64,000 nucleotides of DNA from Botryllus schlosseri (GCA_051294905.1 CM119384.1:6324001-6388000), one strand, 5' to 3'; shown: positions 52,601 through 61,320, counted from the stretch's first letter. Numbers and translations are program-made. The notes: generated by a model not told the origin, from the sequence alone.

Positions 52601-53248
52601 CAGAACGTAACTGAACCATGGACGGACAAAATTTTTGATTCGGACATGACAGGACGCGAGTATTTTGACATGCAACTATCAAATTGGTTTATCGTGAATA
52701 TCCAGGAACGACAAGCATGATAAGTGGCTATTCACCTGGCGGTTCGCATCGGTACCGGATGTAAGCGTATTTCTCGATAGCCGGACACGCGTTGCCCATC
52801 ACTCTCGTGTTAACGCCTAGCTCGCACGAGTTTTCGTTTTGACAAGCGGCTGTTATGACCCTCAGCGACGGGACGGACCGGCAAGGCGACTTGGGAACCC
52901 GAACTGTCGGACAACTGAAATAAAAACACCACGGTTTATTCACTCGAACTTCTGGCTATCATGGTCTGCATTTACAATTCGGCATCCGGCATCCGGCCGT
53001 AATACGCATCTTCAACGTATATCACATGACTAGGATCGGCACACTGCACAGACAGCGTGGATCCGTCACAGGACGCACTGAAACGGGTAACTGCAAATAT
53101 TGAAATAATGTTATCTGAGGTCGAAGTCCTAATTACGGGCGATCTGTTACTCACTGGTTGTGAACTGCTGCGCGACACCGACTGCCACCAGCAAAAAGTC
53201 AAAAAATAAAGAAAGCATTCTCCTCTTTGTAAGAGAAGCTGCCCCCAT
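266..53248 (-). CDS. Giant secreted multidomain extracellular protein (FCGBP/zonadhesin-like VWD-C8-TIL core plus SUEL lectin, WxxW, CCP, 49 EGF, 4 thyroglobulin-1 modules); 83 coding exons, 3' end unresolved
   Basis: 83 GT(GC)-AG bounded exons read on the minus strand. Intron phases match at every junction and I found no in-frame stop. Domain motifs were recognised by Cys spacing and signature residues. Exon coordinates are given in the sub-features below. Confidence 0.9.
1589..1749. repeat. 32-bp inverted repeat (30/32 match) around a spacer of about 97 nt; probable small MITE remnant
   Basis: TATCACCAAATATGACATCACCGGCATAAAAA (1589-1620) versus its near reverse complement at 1718-1749. Confidence 0.7.
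4976..7586 (-). CDS. Thyroglobulin-1 x2, EGF, TIL, EGF (C-terminal module copy 2)
   Basis: Exons 7386-7586 (201 nt, paralogue of 13637-13837), 6285-6545, 5464-5601, 5198-5380 (183 nt, paralogue of 11382-11564), 4976-5092. Confidence 0.88.
5774..5895 (-). pseudogene. Decayed EGF pseudo-exon
   Basis: The minus strand reads [15 protein letters not shown], like [17 protein letters not shown] of exon 11672-11785 but with two stops. It lies where module copy 1 has an extra EGF exon. The 5' half is barely alignable. Confidence 0.55.
6920..7262 (-). mobile_element. tRNA-derived SINE (tRNA-Asp-like head) with a LINE-like 3' tail
   Basis: A-box-like TTGCGTGGTGG and B-box GGTTCGATTTCC. The 3' part (GCCGAGGTGGATGC...GCATCCTCCCTATCTGTTCATTACATCGCA) aligns with the tail of the LINE at 34590-34728. 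Confidence 0.75.
8558..9668. mobile_element. hAT MITE, middle element
   Basis: TIRs CAGGGGTGGGCAAACT / AGTTTGCCCACCCCTG; perfect TSD GTATAAGA; GCGGCCCGC subterminal repeats. Confidence 0.92.
8736..9050. mobile_element. hAT MITE, inner element
   Basis: TIRs CAGTGGTTCTCAAACT / AGTTTGAGAATCACTG; TSD TTCTAAGA / ATCTAAGG (6/8). Same family as 60927-61216, in inverted orientation. Confidence 0.85.
10792..14735 (-). CDS. P/T/K linker exon, then Thyroglobulin-1 x2, EGF x2, TIL, EGF (C-terminal module copy 1)
   Basis: Exons 14661-14735 ([24 protein letters not shown]), 13637-13837 and 12959-13213 (QC...CY/WCV thyroglobulin motif), 12041-12154, 11672-11785, 11382-11564 (TIL, GC donor), 10792-10905. 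Confidence 0.87.
12177..12313 (-). mobile_element. Short 3'-tail fragment of the LINE family with a (CTGATA)n tail
   Basis: Homologous to 34590-34728; GGTGTC-29nt-GACACC stem. Confidence 0.8.
15335..24556 (-). CDS. EGF array block A: 18 single-EGF exons, tandem paralogue of block B
   Basis: Exons 24380-24556, 24130-24261, 23573-23707, 22838-22957, 22634-22768, 21763-21897, 21118-21273, 20657-20791, 18792-18929, 18614-18733, 18197-18331, 18003-18137, 17457-17615, 16668-16802, 16466-16606, 15731-15853, 15530-15667, 15335-15469. Lengths are identical to block B exon for exon. Confidence 0.92.
18978..20368. mobile_element. Non-autonomous hAT element with an extra internal right TIR
   Basis: Ends CAATGTTCCCT / AGGGAACATTG; perfect TSD ATCACAGG. 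A second GAGGGAACATTG ends at 19158. Confidence 0.88.
23079..23525. mobile_element. hAT-type MITE (older)
   Basis: Ends CAGTGTTTCTTAAAC / GTTTAAGAACCGCTG; TCGTACCCC subterminal repeats; TSD not cleanly preserved. Confidence 0.7.
24727..30847 (-). CDS. EGF array block B: 18 single-EGF exons (EGF_3-type, C-x7-C-x5-C spacing)
   Basis: Exons 30671-30847, 29871-30002, 29350-29484, 28802-28921, 28608-28742, 28339-28473, 27938-28093, 27311-27445, 26864-27001, 26678-26797, 26407-26541, 26212-26346, 25975-26133, 25639-25773, 25438-25578, 25125-25247, 24924-25061, 24727-24861. All are phase 1-1 with 6 Cys and a GY/F-x-G-x-G-x2-C ending. Confidence 0.92.
30913..32117 (-). CDS. TIL domain followed by a low-Cys, about 100-aa SEA-like module, 3 exons
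   Basis: Exon 31932-32117 is a TIL ([20 protein letters not shown]...CVCPQG). Exons 31472-31673 and 30913-31019 join in phase (2) to give [27 protein letters not shown]...[23 protein letters not shown]...EPTTC. The SEA identity is tentative. Confidence 0.72.
32516..39901 (-). CDS. VWD2 (GDPH replaced by GGSQH) - C8 - TIL - short Cys-rich module, 7 exons
   Basis: Exons 39642-39901, 38995-39150, 38075-38247, 34211-34352, 33502-33665, 33322-33443, 32516-32626. Motifs: [13 protein letters not shown]...[34 protein letters not shown]...[34 protein letters not shown]. Confidence 0.87.
32861..32985 (-). mobile_element. LINE 3'-tail fragment
   Basis: TTTTCATCATTTCAAAACACCACAAAACTGCGATACAATGAAAAGAT block and the stem are shared with 12177-12313. 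Confidence 0.78.
34729..36298. mobile_element. Non-autonomous hAT (Charlie-like) element
   Basis: TIRs CAGTGGTTCCCAACC / GGTTGGGAACCACTG; perfect 8-bp TSD GCCTAGGC (34721-34728, 36299-36306). Confidence 0.92.
35313..35889. mobile_element. hAT MITE rich in GACTCGAGTC palindromic subterminal motifs, nested in the previous element
   Basis: Ends CAGGGCTGCAACC / GGTCAACCCTG; TSD TTATATAT / CTATATAT (7/8). Confidence 0.85.
36413..37429 (-). CDS. C-terminal part of LINE ORF2 (reverse transcriptase, CR1/L2/Crack group), 5'-truncated
   Basis: [37 protein letters not shown] and GPDVWNSIP motifs; open for 338 codons to the stop. Confidence 0.93.
   Translation of the reverse strand: MKSYLTGRQQMVAISDTLSSPHPVTCGVPQGSVLGPVLFTLYVNDIFETSSLNTTLFADDTHLLSSASSTAELDALTGDQMPKVHEWTAQNNLCINASKSQLLTVNSKNSLTVNIAGQPVSNTDNAKYLGVLLDSNMSWKSHIQSLETKLSPKCGLFYSLGRFMPAWVLLILFKSLIQSKLHYGILCWGAASKTALKPLQKLQHKVLRIIARAPKGPGCPSNKSLLKRFGVLNIEDMRKLEIAKFMYQFHCGRCPEYFNDFFTSESKAHKYNTRASTSSKYHMIDRKDHRSIKYAGPDVWNSIPPAIRQSTSMSTFKSKYKQLLLNKYSPSSRLPDHD
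39250..39430. mobile_element. Fragment of the GACTCGAGTC hAT MITE family (one terminus)
   Basis: Ends ...GACTTGGTTACAACCCTG, the reverse complement of the left end of 35313-35889; repeated GACTC motifs. Confidence 0.7.
40430..48617 (-). CDS. VWD1 (with GDPH) - C8 - TIL - TILa unit, 9 exons
   Basis: Exons 48460-48617, 48284-48391, 44034-44205, 43751-43856, 42805-42952, 42603-42732, 41309-41410, 41146-41237, 40430-40571. Motifs: [85 protein letters not shown]. Confidence 0.9.
41905..42017. mobile_element. Fragment of the GACTCGAGTC hAT MITE family
   Basis: GACTCGGAC/GACTCGAC motifs ending GACCTGGTTACAACCCTG. Confidence 0.65.
46320..46971. mobile_element. Fold-back (palindromic) Tc1/mariner-pogo-type MITE
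   Basis: About 300-bp inverted arms (46320-46621, 46653-46971) around a 31-nt loop; termini CAGTAGGGGTATTCAAAAA; TA on both sides. Confidence 0.9.
47431..47566 (+). mobile_element. 3' half of SINE family 2
   Basis: GCGGTGTCTTACAAAAAGCCTAG...GGTGTAAATGACCAT...CATGAATACC followed by (CA)n. Confidence 0.72.
48873..49265. mobile_element. AT-rich MITE family (TGTTTTAAAAC repeats), copy 1, inverted relative to copies 2 and 3
   Basis: Shares its internal ...GGTTCCAACCA...GTTGAACCGA... segment and GGGTTGCAT-like ends with 56995-57500 and 59011-59384. Confidence 0.75.
49870..51163 (-). CDS. Two Sushi/CCP domains, one exon each
   Basis: Exon 50978-51163 ([10 protein letters not shown]...[13 protein letters not shown]...[14 protein letters not shown]) and exon 49870-50058 ([10 protein letters not shown]...[13 protein letters not shown]...[13 protein letters not shown]). 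Both are phase 1-1. Confidence 0.9.
51560..51925 (-). CDS. Mucin2_WxxW (CysD-like) domain, 2 exons
   Basis: Exons 51780-51925 and 51560-51719 (60-nt intron) give [20 protein letters not shown]...[13 protein letters not shown]...[24 protein letters not shown]. Confidence 0.88.
52393..52468 (-). mobile_element. LINE 3'-tail fragment (76 bp)
   Basis: Same block as 12177-12313, truncated within the stem. Confidence 0.72.
52736..53090 (-). CDS. SUEL/rhamnose-galactose-binding lectin (Gal_lectin) domain, 2 exons
   Basis: Exons 52976-53090 and 52736-52914 give [38 protein letters not shown]...[46 protein letters not shown], with the YGR motif and the 8-Cys SUEL pattern. Confidence 0.88.
53155..53248 (-). 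CDS. First coding exon: signal peptide [26 protein letters not shown]|QQFTT
   Basis: ATG in atcATGG context, basic n-region (KRR), hydrophobic core, GVA|QQ cleavage-like site. The GTGAGT donor is phase 1, matching the next exon. A second in-frame ATG lies at 53218. Confidence 0.75.
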
Positions 53249-53636
53249 GATAGAAGTACCTACGAATATGGTTTGTGATCACAAATCAGCCGTACTTCTA
53301 GCGAGGTAGAAGTGAGCACCGATTTCAGTTGCCGACGATATTTAAAGCTCCGGTTCAGCAAGTTCATCGCAACCGACTTCCATTAAAATGATTTTTTTCT
53401 GTTTAGGCTTTCTCTCGCATCGCGGCCTTTATTTTTAATTGAACTTGACATTATACCTATGCGCTGTAACGTGTTATCGCTTTTCAGTAATTAGGCTTTG
53501 TTGCAGGGCAGTAGAAAACTGTTAATGAACGCGGATGGTTGTGTGCAGGGACAGCACACTCTCTAGGAGCATTTCAAACTTGCCTGCTACACTGAGATCA
53601 CTTCTGACTGTGATTGACACAGTAGAGAATACCCTC

Positions 53637-54966
53637 TGTTACGTGGGTTATTGTATGTATTATTATGATGATGCTTCCCTGTAAAATAGCAAGGTATGAC
53701 GTCATGCCTTACCCAACTGTGCATGACCGCATTACTCGTGCTTGACCGCTTCTTGTCTTATCTCATCTCTGGTTGATGGCACATGGAAGCCATAATAAAT
53801 GTACAGCAAGAAACACACATCCGGTACCAGGACGTCCTTGGCAAATAATCAGTAGCGATTTATGTGAATTTGACGGACAACATTATTTGATTACAGTTGA
53901 TCACTACTCGGATTATTTTGAGGTAGATCGACTAACCTCACAGACTTCTACAGCAGTTATTCGCCGCTTAAAATCACATATGGCACGTCATGGAATCTGC
54001 GAGAAATTGATTACTGACAATGGTCCATGCTATGCTGCTCATGACTTCGAGGCATTTGCAAAGGAATACGAGTTTGAACATGTGACCAGCTCTCCAGGAC
54101 ACAGCCAATCGAATGGAAAGGCGGAATCAGCTGTCAAAATCTTCAAATCGTTACTTCGTAAAGCAACAACTGACAAAAAAGACATAAATATTGTACTGTT
54201 GGATTGGAGGAACACTCCAGGCGAGACTGTTCCTGGCTCTCCAGCACAGAGGCTATTTGGAAGACGCACCAAGACCTTGTTGCCAATAGCAACTAAACTG
54301 CTTGAGCCGAAAATTGTTTCTGATGTCATTCCATCGCTTATGGATAGGAAAAGAAAACAGGCAAAGTATTACAATCGTGGTGCAAAAGACCTCGCCCTGT
54401 TGAGTCCTGGTCAACAGGTTCGATTCAAAAGGACAGAAAATGGCTTGTGGCTCGAAGCGGTGGTGATTAAGCAACTGAATGATCGATCGTACATTGTTAA
54501 GGCGACAGATGGAACGATCTACCGACGCAACAGAAAGTTTATTCGAACTACTGTAACTCGCCCGCATGTTGCATTTGACTTTGACGACATTTCGATTGCC
54601 AGACCAGCAGTAGTGAACAGCGGCACTAATGGGTCGTTATCTGGTTCCAGTAGCAGCAGGCCAAGCCGTACAGTTATTCGACCAGCATACTTGCAAGACT
54701 ATGTTACAACTTGATTCGTTGCTGTAATTTATATCCTAATTCGGTTCGCTTCGTTTTCTATTATTTTGTGATGTTTTGAGAAGGGGATGTTACGTGGGTT
54801 ATTGTATGTATTATTATGATGATGCTTCCCTGTAAAATAGCAAGGTATGACGTCATGCCTTACCCAACTGTGCATGACCGCATTACTCGTGCTTGACCGC
54901 TTCTTGTCTTATCTCATCTCTGGTTGATGGCACATGGAAGCCATAATAAATGTACAGCAAGAAACA
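53637..54966 (+). mobile_element. Internally deleted Gypsy (Mag-like) LTR retrotransposon
   Basis: 179-bp LTRs at 53637-53815 and 54788-54966 (TGTT...AACA) look identical by eye. 5-bp TSD CCCTC (53632-53636 and 54967-54971). Polypurine tract GAGAAGGGGA precedes the 3' LTR. No PBS, gag, PR or RT. Confidence 0.95.
53776..54714 (+). CDS. N-truncated retroviral-type integrase (rve core plus C-terminal domain) of the Gypsy element
   Basis: HPVPGRPWQIISSDL...VDHYS...LITDNGP...SPGHSQSNGKAESAVK (D,D35E intact), with a typical terminal RPSRTVIRPAYLQDY. The HHCC zinc finger is absent and the ATG lies within the 5' LTR. Confidence 0.9.
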   Translation: MAHGSHNKCTARNTHPVPGRPWQIISSDLCEFDGQHYLITVDHYSDYFEVDRLTSQTSTAVIRRLKSHMARHGICEKLITDNGPCYAAHDFEAFAKEYEFEHVTSSPGHSQSNGKAESAVKIFKSLLRKATTDKKDINIVLLDWRNTPGETVPGSPAQRLFGRRTKTLLPIATKLLEPKIVSDVIPSLMDRKRKQAKYYNRGAKDLALLSPGQQVRFKRTENGLWLEAVVIKQLNDRSYIVKATDGTIYRRNRKFIRTTVTRPHVAFDFDDISIARPAVVNSGTNGSLSGSSSSRPSRTVIRPAYLQDYVTT

Positions 54967-55190
54967 CCCTCAAACTGATTTTTCTCCTTTTCCAAGACAT
55001 ACCGCCTATCGCGTCACAATATCGAGTCTTGTAATACATAGATTCGAATATATGCGAGGCAGAAAATGCTGTAGCATAATCAGCCTGACCAAATGATCCG
55101 AGTCACAAATCTCACTGACTAGGTTAGATAAGCCATAAGAAGATAATCTCTATTCGTATAACATTCATCACAACCTTCACCGTTTGTATA

Positions 55191-55193
<3 letters not shown>

Positions 55194-55260
<67 letters not shown>
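55194..55260. repeat. (GT)n microsatellite, about 33 units
   Basis: Pure GT run seen directly. Confidence 0.97.
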
Positions 55261-55264
<4 letters not shown>

Positions 55265-56994
55265 ACACGTTATGTACAATTTCACCAAAATCCGAACACA
55301 TATAGTGAACTAATATTCAGCAATCTGCATAGAAAACTTTGGAACATAGTGACTAAAAAGTCATCTGCGGGCCAATCGCCTACGTGGGCTTGTCGCGGTA
55401 AACTAAACTGGCCTCAAGCTATACTTTACGCGGTATAGAATAATTGTCTATGCAAACTAAACACAGTTTCACAAACCGCGGGCGGCGAAACGAATCTCTT
55501 GATTTCAAAAATTTCATTTCTATCACGAGATTCTCGACGATAAATATATTCCACACTTACGATTGGGTCTCGGAAAGCCGGTCATAAGTCAATTAAGAAA
55601 TTGGGGCTGATACACATAACAAATATCTCCACCAATAAAATAATTCTTCATTACCTAAATTGTGGAGCGAATTCGCGGATTTATCATCAATTTTTTAACG
55701 TTTTTATTATAACATATTTTATGATTTATTATTTATTTATTATCAAAAGCATTGTCATGATTTGAAGCTCACACGACTTTGCTTATAGCATATAGATTGC
55801 TATTCCCGTAAATCGATTAAACACGTAACCCAAATATCAATTTCCACATCTAGCTCTAACATATCGTGAATTGCCTCCAGGGAAAGTGATCTTTTTGTAT
55901 GCGGTTTGATATAATCAGTCGATCACCAAACTCCACGTCATGAATGCTCCAGAACATAAGCGGGAAAATATGATCAGCGGAACAGGATAGTCATATATCT
56001 TGTAAATTGTGAGCCTAACGGTGTCGTCTACTTGTCAATCAAGTTTCACCTTCAATTATGCGGCTTTTGCGGTTTAAGGACTAGCGAAAATAGAGATTAT
56101 CTGGTTTGCCTGCAATATCAAATGTCACTATCAATGCCCCCGTATATGGGACTATGGCAAGATCCGGGTCTATGAATCCACCTGGCAGTTGGAATCATGT
56201 ATTAGCGCGTAAGCAAATGGTAACTATTCGAATCATGCGTGAGCAGATGCCAGTCTTATTGATATTTGATAATGCTTATGATCAGACCTGCCGTCGTAAT
56301 ATAAATTTAAATTTCCAAAAAGTTCAATACCTGTAACAAGTGGGGTATTGCTGATTACACTTTCGCTATTCATTCTCGACATTGATTTGTAAATGCGGGG
56401 TCATTTTGCAATAGTACGGAATAGAATGCTACGGAAAACTGTTGTCGTATGGGTAGTGTTTTTCGTCCTTCGAGGCATTCGTTTTAGTTTGCCGCAGCAG
56501 ATGTGCTATCTATCAGGTATCGGCGAAACCCAAAATGTGAGTCATCTAAATCACTTGACCCGACTGTCGCAAACTAGTACTTTTATGCATTTAGGCTACA
56601 GTATAATAACACATTCGCCCGACTAGTTTTATCTTACAATCTCCTGTCTACTGTCATTCGAGTTCATAAACGCAGACACTGTAAGCGGGTATTTAGTAGT
56701 GTCGCATACATTGCTATAGTACCGTACGTCGCTAGGTCAAGAATCATATAATCTTTTATGGCAAATTTCGTCGCTAACGTCAGTACAGTATACGCGCCGA
56801 TTTAAGGCCACAAGATAAGTTCATTTTAATGGGTACTCGTTTTCAACAGTTATTGCGCAACCGATAAAACATTTTTGAATAATCACAATTAAGGTTTAAC
56901 ACTGGCCAATCCGTCATGCACCACAAGCAATTCCAAATACCAAGCAAATGTCGCAAAAATACAATTAGTTCCATGAGCCACATGATTACAGGTA

Positions 56995-57500
56995 GGGTAG
57001 CATTGAAAAAAACGGTTGTTTAAAGCACTTTGTTTAATTAAAACAAAAAAGTTTTTTTTTAAAAGTTATGCCATCATTGTGTAAATACTTTCGAACAAAC
57101 ATGTTGTATAAGCCGACGGGCGATTACCACCCGATAAACCGATATAGCAGACGGATACGATATGGGATGGTTGGAACACTCAAAATAATCGGTTCAACAG
57201 CTATAGTACGACGATATAGTTCATTGGTACGTAATGAATATTCTGATGATTATGTGCGCCGACCGTAAAAATGCTGCATGACGATGTAGTCCTGGTTAAA
57301 GATATTTTTGGTCCGTATATGACAGGGGTTGGAAGCCTATTTCGTCAAAGGAACTAGATTTACCCTATATATTCAATTCACTATGACGTCACAAATGAAT
57401 ATTCGTCATGACTTTAAGAAATAAAATAAAAACATGTTTTAAACAACGGCCTTGTTCTAAATATTTTTGTTTTAAATGGATATTTGTTTTAAACGCACCC
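56995..57500. mobile_element. AT-rich MITE family, copy 2
   Basis: Homologous to 59011-59384 (GGTTGGAAC, CGGTTCAACAGC, TTCGTCAAAGGA blocks). Confidence 0.72.
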
Positions 57501-57520
57501 CCATAGTTTGTTTTGGGGGG

Positions 57521-57765
57521 GTATTCATGGTGTTTGTCGACTACGATGGTCATTTACACCAGGCCGATATTCTTTTTATTTTCCGTAACTGCCGACTTAT
57601 AGCACGGCCCACCTCTAGGCTTTTGTAAGACACCGCTGACGCGGATGAGGTGGCGAGGAGGAGCCTAGGTAAACCTCCAACACTTAGATATCGGAATTCG
57701 GACGTCGACCTCGGTCGGACTCGAACCCGCATCCATTGGTGTTGCAGCCGCGGATTAACCCCATA
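57521..57765 (-). mobile_element. tRNA-derived SINE, family 2
   Basis: Reverse complement contains GGTTCGAGTCCGAC, CCTAGGCTCCTCCTCGCC and GGCCTGGTGTAAATGACCAT, all shared with 61321-61590. Confidence 0.78.
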
Positions 57766-58275
57766 GTTAAAAATGCAGGAGTAACAACTAACACAGTAGC
57801 TCTTAAAATGTGGGCGCCCCTTCTTTAGCAGGGCTATGGAAGATTCTAAGGGGCGCGAAGAGTTCTGAGGGCGATGATGCATTCTTGAGCTCGGAATGAG
57901 TTTGAGTTGCCTATGGATAATAAACATATCCGTACGTTTCGGCATTCGGCCTCATGCGACAGTCATTTTTTAGGCGCGGTTTTCTCATCGCCGATCTTTC
58001 TGACACTTCGCGGAATTGCATATTGGCCGAAACTTCATACGTCTTGGCCTGCCGTGGCGCGGGTAATACGGGTGCCAAAATGCCAACAGAATGCGTACTT
58101 TGTTTTTTATGGTAACCATTACAAAATCCAGACATCCAGACACACAATACATAATATAACTAAGCAACAAAGTTGTTTGGAACGTCACTGTAGCCGCCCC
58201 TACGTACGATGACGTGTTGTAACTTGTAGGACAGGGCAAGGTCACTCAACTATGAGTAGTTGACTGACTTTGGGA

Positions 58276-58971
58276 CAGGGGTGCCAAACATACGGCCCGG
58301 CAGACGATTTCATCAGGCCCGCGAAGCAATTCTGAATAATGGCTGTATTATCCAGCACGTTTCTGACAAATGCTGAGATTACTCTCATTAAATAATCCCC
58401 AAGACAGAAAATGATGACTATATGTTCAATGTTCATACGCCACATTATAACCCAGGGATATCTAGGGATATTCTTGGTTATAACCATCCGACAGTGGTGT
58501 TACGGTTTCTCTGTAATGACCATTAGCAACAAGTCGCTGCCATTGACATCAATGCCGAGAGCAAGGGAAAAGTGCACACTGAGCTCAGAGTTTTGTTGAA
58601 AATGGACCTAGACGTAGTTTTTCACATAAATGAAAACCCCAGTTAGATACCGGTATATGCGGAATACACGGAGAACATAATTGTTACACAAAAATGTATA
58701 TCGTCGCTAAAGTCACTGTATTAGCAATTTATCTAACTGTACCGTATTCAATCAACCAATCATCGACATTTCGACAATTCTATTATTTACGAACAAAGGT
58801 GTTGATCGAATAGAACCCTATGATCCACAGCAAGGATATCTAGATATCCCTGGATCCATACGCTGTATAATTGAATATTCAAGTGTACAACACGGGTATG
58901 GATTTTGAAGGAAAATTTTGGAATAATATGACTGGTCCGGCCCGCGACGCAACTTGAGTTTGACACTCCTA
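58276..58971. mobile_element. Degenerate hAT-type MITE
   Basis: Ends CAGGGGTGCCAAAC / GTTTGACACTCCTA with GGCCCGCG subterminal motifs; TSD not convincing. Confidence 0.55.
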
Positions 58972-59010
58972 TTGTAGGATGTCGATCCAGAGCAGCACAC
59001 GTTCGATATA

Positions 59011-59384
59011 GGGTTGAATTTAAAACACTTTGTTTAAACCAATGTTTTAAACAAGGGATTAAAAAAATTTAAGCTGTAAAATTATACCATAAATACTTTC
59101 CAAAAAAAATGTTGTGTATGAGCCTACGGACAATTACCACCCGATATAGCCGACGTATATCGATATCGGTTGGTTGGAACCCTTAAAATAGTCGGTTCAA
59201 CAGCAATAGTACAGATATTTCGTCAAAGGAGCTATCTTTACCATATATTTTCAATAGTCAATGTCAATCCACTATGACTTCATAATTGAACATTATTGAC
59301 ATCATGGTTTAAAAAAATGTTTTAAACAAGGGCCTTGTTTTACACATGTTTGTTTTTAATTTATTTTTGTTTTAAATGCAATCC
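59011..59384. mobile_element. AT-rich MITE family, copy 3
   Basis: TA|GGGTTGAATTT...AAATGCAATCC|TA; imperfect TIRs flanked by TA. Confidence 0.75.
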
Positions 59385-60926
59385 TACGTTCGAAGCAACT
59401 GTATGATTGCATATTTCGTTGACTTACGAGTGGTCGAGTACCAGAATAGGATTCGTCCTTAAACTAATGTAAATGAAAAATCAAGCAAAATCAGTCCATG
59501 AGATATTTTTAAACCGAATGAGAAATAATATATATACTGGTGCATTCGCGATTCATATTAGGTATCGGCCATGCCTCTGCTAATTCCGTTAACATTGACA
59601 TCCGTCGATTAAGCTTTCAGAAGTTCCTGTCATAGCAGGGGCGGGCAACTTCTCCAGTCGGCGGGCCAGGTATAGGAAAATTAAGTACTTGGCGGGCCGG
59701 ATTGCTGAATCGATACACCATTCGCCTATTCCACATATACAAGGAATAAATCGTATTTAATGAATGTATTTTAACGACAGCAATGTCACTTTAAAGCCAT
59801 ATCTCGCCGATAATGACGAAGACAATGTGGATTTGAGAATAGCATTGTCATACAGGCGCCGCCATGTCTGCTTCTCTCTGATCTATCAACACACGGTGCA
59901 ATCCTTAATTAAGATTTCAAGGCGTTCGATAAGCCCGGTACTAGGGATGGTGTGAACGTGAGGTTCACGTTCGCGTTCTGTGTGTGAACCTCAGAAATTT
60001 ATAGGTTTACGTTCACAAACGAACCTTGGTAGGTTTTGCACTGTGAACCTTTTCCATAGATTACCATTTTTCACGTCATCATAACATATTTGGTTGGAAT
60101 TCTTTGCATTTCCACTTCGCACCACTCTATTAATGGCGCTGGCAGCATAAAAAAATCAACACCAAACGGGCATGCACGTGATGCACCTTACCAATCTCAA
60201 AAATTTTACATTCTTTGTTACAAAGGTTTGCTCGAAATATCCAGCTTTCCGTTTGTGAATATTTAGTGTCTCTCTGCTGTGAGCTTGTCCCGCAATCACA
60301 CAGCATCAAAAGCGAAATACGGGGTCAATCTTGATTTCCTATGTTTATTGTATCATAAAAACAAATCCGTGCGATTGGCGTGTTTGCTTCTGCTGTATAA
60401 CTTGTTAATGCGGTATTATCGGTAGCAAATATAGAAACCCGTTTTACACTCTGCTCAATAACAACGTAACAATACTCGGACGCTGAATGCATTGTCCGAT
60501 CTGACCTAGACCTTTAAGGCGTAAGTTTATAATCCTTGCAAGTCCTGGTTGAAATTGTTGGCAAAGCGACGGAAGATATTGATTTTATGGGATTATTATA
60601 TCATTTGATTGCCACAGTTAATACACTTAGCGACGTTTAAAACGTCAATATGTACTTCAGCATGGTGGCATTATTGGCCCGAGAGTCGCTGGCATCGCGT
60701 ACGACAGGGGCGGGCAACTTCTCCAGTCGGCGGGCCGGATATAGAAAAATTAGGCACTTGGCGGGCCGGATTGCTTAATCGATAGATTATTCACCCATTT
60801 ATTCAGTTATACAAGGAATAAATCGTATTTAAAGAATGTATTTTAACGACAGTAATGTCATTTCAAGCGATTTCTCGCCGATAATGACGATGACAATGAG
60901 GAATTGAGAATCGTATTGTCATACAG

Positions 60927-61216
60927 CAGTAGTTCTCACACGCCTCCTTTTTGATAGTGAAAAATTCTGCGTCCCCCTTCCTTATCATGATATTTTAAAG
61001 AGATAAATCAGAATGCTAGCCATCCCAACGGGTAGTTTGATGGCATTAAAAGTTATGGCTATTGATGAGAGAGTTCTCAAATATGAAATTCGTACACTAG
61101 ACATAGTAATCACCATAACCTGGAGGTAAATCGCGCGGAGCGCGAAAAATTTTCAGTTAACTGTGATTTCGCGCCACTGTTAGATACTTTCCCGTCCCAC
61201 AGGTTGAGAACCGCTG
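60927..61216. mobile_element. hAT MITE (level 4)
   Basis: CAGTAGTTCTCA / TGAGAACCGCTG; TSD TCATACAG / TCATACAT. Copy A shows the empty site (...GTCATACAGGCGCCGCC...). Confidence 0.88.
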
Positions 61217-61320
61217 TCATACATGCACCGCCATATCTGTTTCTCTCTCATCAATCAACACAAGGTGCAATCCTAAATTATGATTTTAAGACGTTCGATA
61301 AGCCCTGTACCTCCAAATTA

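Noticed and set aside
55119-55301. His-Thr repeat protein ORF
   Set aside because: Translation of the (GT)n microsatellite.
57550-57945. 131-aa ORF
   Set aside because: Overlaps a SINE copy; no protein motifs.
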